Of a stretch of DNA of 64,000 nucleotides, positions 35,860 to 45,665 are shown in pieces (the first letter of the stretch is position 1; each line of letters begins with the position of its first letter). The notes under the pieces were generated by a model, which did not search any database, was not told the DNA's origin, and was given only the letters and a program-made list of their open reading frames with translations. Source of the stretch: Candidatus Shapirobacteria bacterium (GTDB lineage Bacteria; Patescibacteriota; Microgenomatia; UBA12405; BS750m-G30); NCBI GenBank assembly GCA_043817235.1, contig JBDRHA010000006.1, forward strand, positions 10,041 through 74,040. Reading direction: 5' to 3'. A program made the translations under genes and the position numbers.

Positions 35860-36813
35860 ATGGGCAAAATCCAAATAATTTCTGGAAGTGCCCATCCCAG
35901 GCTCGCTCGCCAAATTTGCTCCTATTTAAAAATAAAGTTAACTCCTGTACAAATTGAACATTTCGCTGATGGCGAAATTTACGTTAAGATCAAAAATAAG
36001 GTGCGAGGCGATGATGTGTTTATCATTCAAAGCATGGCGCCGCCAATCAATGACCACTTAATGGAGCTTTTGATTATGATTGATGCTTTAAAAAGAGCTT
36101 CGGCCGATAGGATTAATGTGGTTTGCCCTTATTTATGCTACTCTCGACAAGAGAGGAAGGCCAGCTCGCGGGAACCGATTAGTGCCAAGCTCGTGGCCGA
36201 TTTAATTACCAAAGCCGGCGCAACCCGCCTGCTGACAGTGGACTTGCATGCGGACGCAATTCAGGGTTTTTATGATATTCCCGTAGATCACTTTGTTGGA
36301 TACCCAAAGTTTGTCGAGTATTTGGAAAAAAAGAAATATAAAGATTTAGTAGTAGTTTCGCCGGACGTGGGGGGAATGAAAAGAGGAAGAGCAATGGCCA
36401 AACTGTTAAATGTCCCTTTGGCGGTAATTGATAAAAGGCGGCCGCGAAAGAATAGGGCCGAGGTGTTGGCGATTATCGGCGAAATTAAAAACAAAACGTG
36501 CATAGTGCTAGACGATATAATTGATACTGCGGGCACGATTAGTAACGTGACTCAGGTTTTAAAAGATCGGGGAGCCAAAGAAGTAATTATTTGTGCCACT
36601 CATGCCCTTTTTTCCGGTGAAGCTTGCAAGAAAATTAATGGCTGTCCGGCTTCCAAAGTCCTGCTTTTAGATACTCTGCCCCTGGCTAAAGAAAAGCAGT
36701 CGGAAAAAGTGGAAATTATTTCTCTGGCTAAGCTTTTTTCCAAGATAATCAGAAGAATTCACTCCGGCCGCTCCTTAGGCGCGCTTTTTGATTGGGAAAG
36801 CAAGATAAAATAA
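35860..36813 (+). CDS. prs: ribose-phosphate pyrophosphokinase (PRPP synthetase)
   Basis: VRGDDVFIIQS; PYLCYSRQERKASSREPISAKLVADLITKAGATRLLTVDLHADAIQGFYDIPVDH; PRPP-binding VVSPDVGGMKRG. Confidence 0.95.
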   Translation: MGKIQIISGSAHPRLARQICSYLKIKLTPVQIEHFADGEIYVKIKNKVRGDDVFIIQSMAPPINDHLMELLIMIDALKRASADRINVVCPYLCYSRQERKASSREPISAKLVADLITKAGATRLLTVDLHADAIQGFYDIPVDHFVGYPKFVEYLEKKKYKDLVVVSPDVGGMKRGRAMAKLLNVPLAVIDKRRPRKNRAEVLAIIGEIKNKTCIVLDDIIDTAGTISNVTQVLKDRGAKEVIICATHALFSGEACKKINGCPASKVLLLDTLPLAKEKQSEKVEIISLAKLFSKIIRRIHSGRSLGALFDWESKIK

Positions 36814-36836
36814 GAATATTAATACACAGACGCAGT

Positions 36837-37068
36837 GTGGGGGTTGATAGTCATCCCGAGTGCATCCCGAGGGATCTTTGGAATTAAGAAATCTCTCCTT
36901 TAACAAGATCCCTCGGGATGCACTCGGGATGACGAGAAACATGTCATTGCGAGCCCCAAAGGGGCGTGGCAATCTTGCTTTCCCAATGGGATTGCCGCGT
37001 CAGTCGCTTCGCTTCCTTCCTGGCAATGACACTCTTTCTGTCATCCTCGTGAAGGCGAAGGATCTATA
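36837..37068. repeat. MITE-like repeat cluster
   Basis: gtcatcccgagtgcatcccgagggatcttt, its inverted partner, and the full element tgtcattgcgagccccaaaggggcgtggcaatcttgc...cctggcaatgaca. Confidence 0.8.
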
Positions 37069-37216
37069 AAAATTGCTCGCACTATATAATATGTTATAGT
37101 ATAGTTATTGGGACTTGAACAATTGCGTTCAACGTCCACAAAGCACGTTTAAATCGAGAGAGACCCCCCCTCTCTCGGTTCTCTACTAAATAGAATATGC
37201 TAATATCTTCTTATCA

Positions 37217-39667
37217 ATGAATTTTCTTTCTTGGCATTATCAAAAGGGAATTGGCTACTATTGGAATCGCTATTTACATGCCTTAGGCTGGATTAAACAT
37301 CAATATTCTTATGTGTTGCTTTTAAAAACCCTTTTTTCTCCTTACAAAAGAATGGTTATGGACGAAAGGGCAGGCTTTAATTTGCAAAAATGGGCGCAAA
37401 ATCTGACCTTTAATTTAATTTCCCGCGGTATTGGCGCTATTGTTCGCTCCCTTTTTCTTATTTCCGGTCTGATCCTTTTAATCTTAGCCTTAATTTTAGG
37501 ATTTTTAGGATTAATTATCTGGACCTTTATTCCTGTTTTTAGTTTGCCTGCTTACTTTTGCCAAAAGAAATCTTATTCTAATTTGCTTTCTAAAATAGCC
37601 AAAAAGATAAACGGTCATCCTCAAGATGCTTTAAAAATAATTTTTTCTAACCCCGCTGGAAAGTTTATTTTAAATAAAAGCGGAATTGAAAATTTGGAAA
37701 ATATCAAGATAAAAGAAAGCCCCGCTTTGCTTGAGGCAAAAACTTGGGAAAAAGCGGTTATTTGGCTTAAGGAAAACACCCAAGACTTAGAGGAAGTTCT
37801 TAGATCAAAAAATCTTGATTTTGAAGATTTGCGCTTAGCCGCCGTTTGGCAGGATCAAAAAATTAAACATTCTTTAGAAAAAGAAGAAGAAAAAAATAAA
37901 TTTGGCCGGCCGGGAATTGGGCTGGAGCTTCTTTTTGGCTTTACCCCCAACTTAGATCAATACACAAAAGACTTAAGCATCAGCCAGCCGTTTTTTCACC
38001 GCCTAATCGGCCGAGACAAGCTAATTGCCGAAATTGAGCGTACGCTAACAAGCGGTAAAAGCGTTTTTTTAATAGGCCAGCCGGGAGTGGGCAAAAAAAC
38101 CAGTGTTTTAGAGTTTGCCAAAAGAGCGGCTAATGGAGATTTGGGCAAGCAAATGGCTTATAGAAGGGTATTGGAGCTAAATTGTGGATTTTTGCTGGCG
38201 GAAAGCGCTGATCTGGATGCCAAAAAGACCAAGCTGAGCAAAATTTTAGCCGAAGCGGCTCGGGCAGGGAATGTTATTCTAGTAATTAGAGATATTCACC
38301 GTTTAACTAATTCGGAGACAGAGGGCCATGATTTTGCCGATATTTTCGCAGAGTATTTAGAGAAAAAAGACTTAAAAATAATGGCGATTCTAAGCTCGAT
38401 TGAGTATGAGCGTTTTGTAGCTCCGGACAGTCGGCTAGCCAAGTTTTTTTCAGCAATTGAAGTGGTTCCTCCTAACTTCCGGCAAGCCTTGCTTATTTTA
38501 ATGATTATTGCTGATGTTATTGAGAAAAGAGAAAAATTAGAGATTAAAATACCGGTTTTGCGTCGAAGCTTGGAGGGGAGCGATCAGTACATAACGGAAA
38601 TTCCTTTTCCGGAAAAAGCGATTGCTTTGCTTGAAGAAGCGGTAGTTTTGGCTGGACAAAGCGGCAAGCAAGAAGTAGTGCCCGAAGACGTAAACACGGT
38701 TTTAGCTCAAAAAACTGGGATTTCTTTTTCTCATCTTACTCAAACCGAAAAAGACCGCCTGCAGAATATTGAAGAAATTATTCATCAGAAATTAATCAAT
38801 CAAAACGGAGCCGTTGACCTGATTGCTAAAAGTTTGCGAGCCAGAAGCGTGGGGGTTAAAGACGAGAAGCGGCCGATCGGCTCTTTTTTGTTTTTGGGGC
38901 CGACCGGAGTAGGAAAAACTCAAACCGCTAAAGTGCTAGCCGAAGTTTATTATGGAAGCGAGAAAAACATTCTTCGCTTTGATATGGCCGAATATTCTGG
39001 AAATAACGGGCTGAATCGGCTTATTGGCTTGGTGGAAAAAAATCAGCCAGGGGCTCTTACAACCGCCATTAAAAATAGTCTGGCAAGTTTGCTGCTTTTG
39101 GATGAAATAGAAAAAGCTCCGCCGGAAATTATTAATCTTTTTTTGGCTCTTTTAGATGAGGGTCAGATTACTGATGCTTGGGGCAAGAAAATAAATTGCC
39201 GGCATTTGTTTGTAATCGCCACCTCTAATGCGGGGAGCGAGTTTATCCGCCAATTGGTTTCAGGAGGAGCAGAAAGAGAAGAACTGCAGTCTCAAGTTTT
39301 GAATTATATTCAAAAAGAAAAATTATTTTCTCCGGAGTTTTTGAACCGATTTGACGGAGTAGTAGTTTATGAACCTTTAGAAAATGAGCATTTAGTAAAA
39401 ATTGCCGGCTTACTGCTTGCTGAACTTCAGGATAAATTGAAAAAAAAGAATATCAATTTAGAGATTGCCTCTCGGGTTTGCGAAAAAATTGCGGTTGATG
39501 GGTATCAGCCAGAGCTGGGCGCTAGGCCGATGCGTCGGATTATTGATCTGGTTTTGGGAGATTTGCTGGGCAAGGCGATTTTAAATGACCAGATCAACAG
39601 CGGGGATAAAATTATGATTATTCCTCAGGAAGGGAAAGACCACTATTCCTGGGAAAAAATAAATTAA
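37217..39667 (+). CDS. ClpA/ClpB-family double AAA+ ATPase with an unusual N-terminal transmembrane region
   Basis: Two hydrophobic helices at aa 70-110. Degenerate D1 Walker A GQPGVGKKT; D2 LFLGPTGVGKTQTAKVLAE...FDMAEYSGNNGLNRLIG. Confidence 0.65.
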   Translation: MNFLSWHYQKGIGYYWNRYLHALGWIKHQYSYVLLLKTLFSPYKRMVMDERAGFNLQKWAQNLTFNLISRGIGAIVRSLFLISGLILLILALILGFLGLIIWTFIPVFSLPAYFCQKKSYSNLLSKIAKKINGHPQDALKIIFSNPAGKFILNKSGIENLENIKIKESPALLEAKTWEKAVIWLKENTQDLEEVLRSKNLDFEDLRLAAVWQDQKIKHSLEKEEEKNKFGRPGIGLELLFGFTPNLDQYTKDLSISQPFFHRLIGRDKLIAEIERTLTSGKSVFLIGQPGVGKKTSVLEFAKRAANGDLGKQMAYRRVLELNCGFLLAESADLDAKKTKLSKILAEAARAGNVILVIRDIHRLTNSETEGHDFADIFAEYLEKKDLKIMAILSSIEYERFVAPDSRLAKFFSAIEVVPPNFRQALLILMIIADVIEKREKLEIKIPVLRRSLEGSDQYITEIPFPEKAIALLEEAVVLAGQSGKQEVVPEDVNTVLAQKTGISFSHLTQTEKDRLQNIEEIIHQKLINQNGAVDLIAKSLRARSVGVKDEKRPIGSFLFLGPTGVGKTQTAKVLAEVYYGSEKNILRFDMAEYSGNNGLNRLIGLVEKNQPGALTTAIKNSLASLLLLDEIEKAPPEIINLFLALLDEGQITDAWGKKINCRHLFVIATSNAGSEFIRQLVSGGAEREELQSQVLNYIQKEKLFSPEFLNRFDGVVVYEPLENEHLVKIAGLLLAELQDKLKKKNINLEIASRVCEKIAVDGYQPELGARPMRRIIDLVLGDLLGKAILNDQINSGDKIMIIPQEGKDHYSWEKIN

Positions 39668-39669
39668 GT

Positions 39670-40320
39670 ATGCTAGTTTTAGGCTTGGGCAATCCGGAAA
39701 AAGAATATCAAGATAATCGCCATAATACGGGCAAGCAGTTTTTAGACTTTTTAGACCAAAATAACGAATTAAATTGGCAAAAAAGAAAAGACTTGCTTTG
39801 TTTTTTGGCCAAGAAAGATGATTTATATTTGGCCAAATCTCTAACTTATATGAATGATTCGGGTCAAGCTGCTCAGGCTTTAGTAAAAAAATTAAAAGTA
39901 AAATTAAATAATTTTTATTTAGCTCATGATGAGCTGGATTTAAAATTAGGGGAGTATAAAATTAGCTTTGGCAAAAGTTCGGCTCTTCATAAAGGAGTTT
40001 TATCAGTAGAGCGGGAGCTAAAAAGTAAAGATTTCTGGCGCGTTAGGATTGGGGTAGATAATCGCGATTCAGAAAACCGGATTGCGGGGGAAAGATATGT
40101 TTTGCAGGATTTTCGATCAGAGGAAGAAAAAAAGCTAAAAAAAGTATTTGAGGAAATCATTGTGTCATTGCGGGGGTATTGTCATCCTGAGCGAAGTCGA
40201 AGGATCTTTCCGAAGATTCCTCGATCCCGCAGCTGCGGGACTCAAGATGACTATTTAAACTGTCATTCCGAGCGCAGCCCCGCTACTGCGGGGCGTAGCC
40301 GAGGGATCTTTGAGAATTAA
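39670..40320 (+). CDS. pth: peptidyl-tRNA hydrolase with about 45-aa C-terminal extension encoded by MITE repeats
   Basis: MLVLGLGNPEKEYQDNRHNTGKQFLD is the Pth N-terminal signature with catalytic His. Residues after about 170 (GYCHPERSRRIFPKIPRSRSCGTQDDYLNCHSERSPATAGRSRGIFEN) are the translation of the repeat units at 40168-40317. Confidence 0.9.
   Translation: MLVLGLGNPEKEYQDNRHNTGKQFLDFLDQNNELNWQKRKDLLCFLAKKDDLYLAKSLTYMNDSGQAAQALVKKLKVKLNNFYLAHDELDLKLGEYKISFGKSSALHKGVLSVERELKSKDFWRVRIGVDNRDSENRIAGERYVLQDFRSEEEKKLKKVFEEIIVSLRGYCHPERSRRIFPKIPRSRSCGTQDDYLNCHSERSPATAGRSRGIFEN
40168..40317. repeat. MITE-like repeats forming the 3' end of pth
   Basis: gtcatcctgagcgaagtcgaaggatcttt, cccgcagctgcgggactcaagatgac and tgtcattccgagcgcagccccgctactgcggggcgtagccgagggatctttg. 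Confidence 0.8.
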
Positions 40321-40353
40321 GTAGGGATTTCCCTCTGGTAAAATTATTATTAA

Positions 40354-40644
40354 ATGCAAAAACAGTTCTTTGTTTATATCTTAAGCAATTTCAAAAGAAA
40401 CGTTCTTTGCATTGGGGTTACCAGTAATTTAAGGAAAAGGGTTTGGGAACACAGGCAAGATTTAGTTCAAGGATTTACCAAAAAATATCAAGTTCATGAC
40501 CTGCTCTATTACGAAGTGTTTACTGATTCTATGCTGGCGATTGCCAGAGAAAAACAGCTAAAAAAATGGAACAGAAGAAAGAAAAATGCCTTAATTGCGA
40601 CGACCAATCCTAAACTTAAAGATCTTTATTCAATAATTTCTTAG
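40354..40644 (+). CDS. GIY-YIG nuclease superfamily protein (UPF0213-like small standalone GIY-YIG)
   Basis: FFVYILSNFKRNVLCIGVTSNLRKRVWEH contains the GIY/YIG motifs and the conserved Arg and Glu. 96 aa. Confidence 0.8.
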   Translation: MQKQFFVYILSNFKRNVLCIGVTSNLRKRVWEHRQDLVQGFTKKYQVHDLLYYEVFTDSMLAIAREKQLKKWNRRKKNALIATTNPKLKDLYSIIS

Positions 40645-40790
40645 ATTGACAAAAGATCTTTCGACTTCGCTCGGGATGACAGGAAACAATGTCATTCCGA
40701 GCATAGTCGAGGAATCTTTGGCGATTAAGCGAAGTATTTTTCTGATTTACGAAAGATCCTTCGGCTACGCTCAGGATGACTTATGGATCA
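40641..40790. repeat. MITE-like repeat cluster
   Basis: ctttcgacttcgctcgggatgaca, tgtcattccgagcatagtcgaggaatcttt and ccttcggctacgctcaggatgac. Confidence 0.8.
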
Positions 40791-41783
40791 ACTAACCTGA
40801 TTTTCTGTCTTGTTTGCCAAAAAGGAGCGAATATTTTCATAAGTAGTTTGAATAATGCGTTTTATAGCCTCTTTGCTGTTAAAGGCATTGTGCGGGGTGA
40901 TAATCACGTTCGGCATTTCTCTTAGCAGGTGAACCGCGACTAATTCTTTTAAATCATCATTAGAAATATAGCGAGAAAATAAAGCGGACGGATCATCTAA
41001 AATTTCTTCTTCCTCTAAAACGTCCAAGCCTGCCCCTCTCAAAATCTTTTGTTCTAGAGCCCATAAAATTGCTTCGGTTTCCACGACCGGGCCGCGGGCG
41101 GTGTTGATAAGCAAACTTCCTTTTTTCATTCTTTTAATATTTTGCTTATTTATTAAGTGATGAGTGGCTTTACAGTAGGGAACATGCAAGGAGATAATAT
41201 CTGACTCTTTTAAGCACAGCTCAAGGGGAACACGCTGATAGCCAAGCTTTTTTTCCAGTTTGGGGTGGCCCTCGTTGGTTACTCCCAGGACTTTCATCTC
41301 AAAGGCCTTGGCATAGCGCGTCATCCATTGGCCAATCTTTCCAACGCCTACCACTCCCAATATTTTCCCTTTTAAGTCAAAGCCGGTTAAGCCATTAGGT
41401 GAAAACCCACCTTGCCTGACTCTTTCCGAGCCTTCCACGATACGGCGGGATAAGGCCAAAATTAAAGCAAAAGTATGCTCGGCGACCGTATTTTCGCCAT
41501 AAGAAGGAACGTTGCAAACTATGATTTTGTTTTTTTGGCAATATTCAAGGTCAATATGATCAAATCCGGTGGAACGGGTAGCAATCATTTTTAAAGCGGG
41601 TAGTTTTTTTAAGATTTTGGCCGATAGATCAGAGTAAATAAAAGTGGAAATAATTTCATACTCGGCTGCGGTTTTTAAATCTTCTTCTACTTCAGAAGGA
41701 TAAATATCTGCTTTTAGCTTTTTGGCAAAAGAAGGCAAAACCTCTTTTTCCCATTCTTTTAATTCAAAAAAGGCAATTTTCAT
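40788..41783 (-). CDS. D-isomer-specific 2-hydroxyacid dehydrogenase (NAD-binding Rossmann enzyme)
   Basis: GKILGVVGVGKIGQWMTRYAKAFEMKVLG dinucleotide-binding motif; catalytic R/E/H context (NTARGPVVETEAIL...PHNA). Confidence 0.8.
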   Translation of the reverse strand: MKIAFFELKEWEKEVLPSFAKKLKADIYPSEVEEDLKTAAEYEIISTFIYSDLSAKILKKLPALKMIATRSTGFDHIDLEYCQKNKIIVCNVPSYGENTVAEHTFALILALSRRIVEGSERVRQGGFSPNGLTGFDLKGKILGVVGVGKIGQWMTRYAKAFEMKVLGVTNEGHPKLEKKLGYQRVPLELCLKESDIISLHVPYCKATHHLINKQNIKRMKKGSLLINTARGPVVETEAILWALEQKILRGAGLDVLEEEEILDDPSALFSRYISNDDLKELVAVHLLREMPNVIITPHNAFNSKEAIKRIIQTTYENIRSFLANKTENQVS

Positions 41784-41788
41784 ATTTT

Positions 41789-43261
41789 TTAAGGACAGCT
41801 GGCAGTGGAGCCATTATCGCATATTTCCGGGCCGTAAAGAAGACCGGTGGCAGGGTTGTATGCCTGAGCACAGTATTGATAAGTTGTCCCACATTCTAAA
41901 TAGGCTTGGGCTGTCACAAAGGGGACAGCCATACTGGTGTAGGCAGATAAAATATCTGTCCAGCCAGACGGGTTACGGTAAAGATGAATTTCGTGACCGG
42001 TTGGGCAGTCGGTCACGATTGTCACAATTTGGATTTGGCTGGCGTATTTTTGATCGCTGGCGGCAATCGATAGGAGCCTGCACTCGCCCTGAAGCTGAGG
42101 GGTGGGCAAGGATGTGGGAGTAGCGATCACTCGGGGGCCCAAACTATTGGCTGCCTGGTCAAAGTCGCCAATAAAAGACCAGAAATTAAACATTTCTTTG
42201 CCTTGATAAATAATTCCGTTATTTTTCCCGGGAAGATTTTGCATCCACCAGACATAATAAGCTACCTCCGTGCAAGTGGAGTCAGTGAAAGTGTTGCTGC
42301 AGCTCTTGCACCCAAAGTACTTTCCCCAAGTCTGACAATTAAGATTTTTTTGCGCCCCGCCCTCCGGCTTCCAGTTTTCGCAGTCAGAAAGAATGATTTG
42401 ATAATTTTGGTAATCATATTCTTTTAAAGAATTTGGGGGGTTATGGGTGTTTCCGCAATGTCTTTGGGTGCCTACCCATTCCGGCTTTTGAGGACAGCAG
42501 GAATATTTTACTCCGGCAAACTTATCAGAAAACAAAGATTTATCTACCCATTCTGAAATTGCCTCTAGGTGATGCATATGATTGTGCAAAGGAAATCTTT
42601 CCAAATAAGGCTCATTGGCGTAAGCGGGAAGGGTATAGTTATAAACTGTGTAAGTGTTTTGGCAGCGAGGATAGCTTAATCCGGAAGCTTTAATAGTTGC
42701 CAAAGACCCGACCTGAAAAGACTCAATCGGGTGAACCTGGTCATTATGGGGCATCCAGATCCAAATTTCTTTAATTCCTTTGTTGTCTACATAATCGCAG
42801 ATATTAAAGCCCAATTCGGTGAAGATAGCCTGGTGATCCGCCGGCCGGCTCTTGCCCTCACCTGCCTGGCGGGGGACAGATTGGCTGAAATTTTTTCTTT
42901 CAACGAAAGTATAATGCAAAGAAGAGGAGGCATTGGCGTTACGATAGCCATGATAGATGCTTCCTTTTTCCAAGGCGGCGGCAATTTTATTTTCTACTCC
43001 CTGTAATAAGGATTTGGCAGTTGCCACCGAATACTTAGCTCTAGTTTCCGGGTCCAGCTGGCCGTTCTTATCAGCGTCGGTTAAAAAGCGTAAAACTAAA
43101 ACGGGAATTTTGTACTCATAATTCGGTTCTTGAAGATTGGGCCGAAAATTGCGGTCAGGCGGGGGAGAGAAGCTCTTGCTATACTGAGCAAAAGAAAAAG
43201 AAAAAATACCCAAACTGACGGCCGCCAAAAAAAAGATTAGATACCCCAGTTTCTTACTCAC
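41789..43261 (-). CDS. hypothetical secreted Cys-rich protein with signal peptide
   Basis: N-terminus MSKKLGYLIFFLAAVSLGIFSFSFA; 20 or more Cys residues. Confidence 0.45.
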   Translation of the reverse strand: MSKKLGYLIFFLAAVSLGIFSFSFAQYSKSFSPPPDRNFRPNLQEPNYEYKIPVLVLRFLTDADKNGQLDPETRAKYSVATAKSLLQGVENKIAAALEKGSIYHGYRNANASSSLHYTFVERKNFSQSVPRQAGEGKSRPADHQAIFTELGFNICDYVDNKGIKEIWIWMPHNDQVHPIESFQVGSLATIKASGLSYPRCQNTYTVYNYTLPAYANEPYLERFPLHNHMHHLEAISEWVDKSLFSDKFAGVKYSCCPQKPEWVGTQRHCGNTHNPPNSLKEYDYQNYQIILSDCENWKPEGGAQKNLNCQTWGKYFGCKSCSNTFTDSTCTEVAYYVWWMQNLPGKNNGIIYQGKEMFNFWSFIGDFDQAANSLGPRVIATPTSLPTPQLQGECRLLSIAASDQKYASQIQIVTIVTDCPTGHEIHLYRNPSGWTDILSAYTSMAVPFVTAQAYLECGTTYQYCAQAYNPATGLLYGPEICDNGSTASCP

Positions 43262-43307
43262 AATATTTTGATTATATTGAGATTTATCTAAATAGTAAAG
43301 TTCTAGC

Positions 43308-43560
43308 TAGTCATTCCGAGCTTCGAGACCAGTGTCATTGCGAGTCCCGATGGTTCTGTTAGCCATCGGGGCGCGGCAATCCCGCTGGGATTACGGGTTA
43401 CGCACGGGATCGTTCCGCTACGCTCAGGATGGCGATTTAAACTGTCATTCCGAGCGCAGCCCCGCAGTAGCGGGGCGCAGTCGAGGAATCTTTGGCAATT
43501 AAGCGAAGTATTTCTCTGATTTACGAAAGACCCTTCGGCTACGCTCAGGATGACGATCTC
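43308..43560. repeat. MITE-like repeat cluster
   Basis: gtcattccgagcttcgagacc, tgtcattgcgagtcccgatggttc...ggcgcggcaatcccgctgggatta, tgtcattccgagcgcagccccgcagtagcggggcgcagtcgaggaatcttt and ccttcggctacgctcaggatgacga. Confidence 0.8.
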
Positions 43561-43562
43561 TT

Positions 43563-45347
43563 TTACCAGCTTCCTCCGCCGCCGCCGCCAAAGCCGCCAC
43601 CGGAAGAGCCGCCGCCGCTAAAGCCTGATCCTCCGGACCAAGAGGAGCGGCCGGACCAAGATTGACTGGGTGAAGAAACTAGATTGGCGCTGGCTTGCCG
43701 GGAAAAACGATTAAAGTCAGCGTTAAAAGTACTCACGGCAAAGCCATTTAAATAAGAAGGCGGAGGAACTTCAAGTTTGGCCATATCGGAAGTTAATTTG
43801 GTGACTACGCTTAAGCAAATGGCCAAAGGCAGCATTTCCTCTAAAAATAAATGCTTTTCGCTAATTTCTTCCCGCCACTTTCCTTTGCCCAAATAGTACC
43901 GCAAGCCCGTGATTTGGCGAAAAAGCGAATGGCCCCAGGCCGTGCGGCGGGGCATGTTTTTGCCAAATAAAATCGCCGGGAGAATACCAGCGATTAATAA
44001 TAATATAGGGCCAGGGTTGGCGGTTAAACTAACAAAAGAAATAATCGGGCCAAAAACTGCCCCTGCCAAAACAAAGTAAATAATCAGCCACTTGAGGCGG
44101 ACTTTTTCCGGGTTGCCGGAAAAAATATTTTCTTGGGCTAGATATTCATAAAGCTTTTTCTTAAAAAGATTTAAAGAAGAGTAGAATTTATTTTTTAGTT
44201 CAGAAAGCTTAATTTCGCCGTCTTTAGCTTTGCTAAATATTTCTTGATATAAATATTTTTGGTAGCTTTTTAAGCTTTTCGTGTCTTTTTGTTTTTTAAT
44301 AAATAAATAGTCTGTTTTTTGGCCAATTAGCCTCTTTTTCTTTATTTTCTTAATTTCTAAAAAACCTAAACGGGCAAGCTCAATAATTTCAGCTACCACA
44401 TCTTGAATATCTACCTTTTCGTCTAAAATAGTGCCTACCTCGGCCGGGGTAAGGTTATCAATCGGGTGGTAAACCAAGGGCAGGTGCTCCCGAGCAAAAA
44501 CAGAAACAGTTTTTGTTTTTTGATTTTCTGGCTGGTAATAAACATTGCCAGAAACAAAGCGCAGATCCCGGCCCTTTTTATACCAGAAGAAAAATATTAT
44601 GGCCAGCGGAAGCAGCGCTAAAGGATAGCCCCAATTAGCAGCCAAAAAACTAATACTTCTTTCTAAAATCCCCGGAAAAATTAAATTATTTTCGGGTTCT
44701 AAGCCGACGACAATCGTAAAATCATCTCCCCAAGATAGGGGAGAGACAGCCGAAAATTCGGCAGAATTTTCGGTTTGATTAATTAGTTTTCCGTTAAAAC
44801 TTTCGGTTTTTGCTATTTTGCCATAAGGCGAAGTAATAATAGCCTTAGCTTGTTTAATAGTTGTATCCCACTCTGATCCAGTCACGTTCCAATAAAGTTC
44901 CGGCATACCCTCCGATTCGGAGGGCGAGTAAACTAAAAGAATATTTTTCATCTGATATTTAATAATATAAATATGTTCTCCTATAATGGTTTTACCAGGA
45001 TCGCCGATTTGGATTTTAATACTCTGATTTAGCCGGGAGGTTTGATACTGATAAGGCTGGCTCATTTCGTTTTCGATTGAGAGAATTTTAAGTTGAGCAT
45101 TAATCGTTCGGCCGTGGGCAGTGTATATCGTGGGAATAATTCGGAAGATTCCGTGTTTATTAATATTAAAATTAACCAAAATAGTTTCGGCGACTGTTAA
45201 AGAGGTATCCTGATTAATCGTAATTTCACTTTTAAAGTCTTCGATAATATAGTCAGAAGAAGTAGCCAAAGCAGGGGAGAGGAAAGCAAAAAACAAGAAA
45301 ATAGCTAAGCTGATTAAAAGCTTTTTCATGGTTAATAATGATAGCAT
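43563..45347 (-). CDS. DUF2207-family membrane protein with Gly-rich C-terminal tail
   Basis: Signal peptide, large ectodomain, TM helices around aa 230-250 and 420-470, and the tail GGSGFSGGGSSGGGFGGGGGGSW characteristic of DUF2207 proteins. Confidence 0.6.
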   Translation of the reverse strand: MLSLLTMKKLLISLAIFLFFAFLSPALATSSDYIIEDFKSEITINQDTSLTVAETILVNFNINKHGIFRIIPTIYTAHGRTINAQLKILSIENEMSQPYQYQTSRLNQSIKIQIGDPGKTIIGEHIYIIKYQMKNILLVYSPSESEGMPELYWNVTGSEWDTTIKQAKAIITSPYGKIAKTESFNGKLINQTENSAEFSAVSPLSWGDDFTIVVGLEPENNLIFPGILERSISFLAANWGYPLALLPLAIIFFFWYKKGRDLRFVSGNVYYQPENQKTKTVSVFAREHLPLVYHPIDNLTPAEVGTILDEKVDIQDVVAEIIELARLGFLEIKKIKKKRLIGQKTDYLFIKKQKDTKSLKSYQKYLYQEIFSKAKDGEIKLSELKNKFYSSLNLFKKKLYEYLAQENIFSGNPEKVRLKWLIIYFVLAGAVFGPIISFVSLTANPGPILLLIAGILPAILFGKNMPRRTAWGHSLFRQITGLRYYLGKGKWREEISEKHLFLEEMLPLAICLSVVTKLTSDMAKLEVPPPSYLNGFAVSTFNADFNRFSRQASANLVSSPSQSWSGRSSWSGGSGFSGGGSSGGGFGGGGGGSW

Positions 45348-45600
45348 GAAATTCCCAGAGTCATTCCGAGCGAAGTCCCGAGTACTCGGGACGAAGTCGA
45401 GGAATCTTTAGGAGTAAAAAGATCCTTCGGCTGCGCCCCGTGAATCGCGGGGCTGCGCTCAGGATGACAGGAAACAATGTCATTGCGAGCCCCGCAGCTG
45501 CGGGGGAAGTAATCCCAGGCGGAATATGCAATCCCGTTGGATAGATTGCTTCGTTAGTCACTAGCGTTTCTTCCTCGCAATGACAAAGGAGGTTGAGATT
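45348..45600. repeat. MITE-like repeat cluster including a full 113-bp element with perfect 12-bp TIRs (45476-45590)
   Basis: tgtcattgcgagccccgcagctgcggggg ... ttcctcgcaatgaca; also gtcattccgagcgaagtcccgagtactcgggacgaagtcgaggaatcttt. Confidence 0.85.
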
Positions 45601-45665
45601 TTCCTAAAAATATGATATTATAGGCTGTTTTCACCAAACAGAGCCAGCAATCGCGCTGACTTGCT

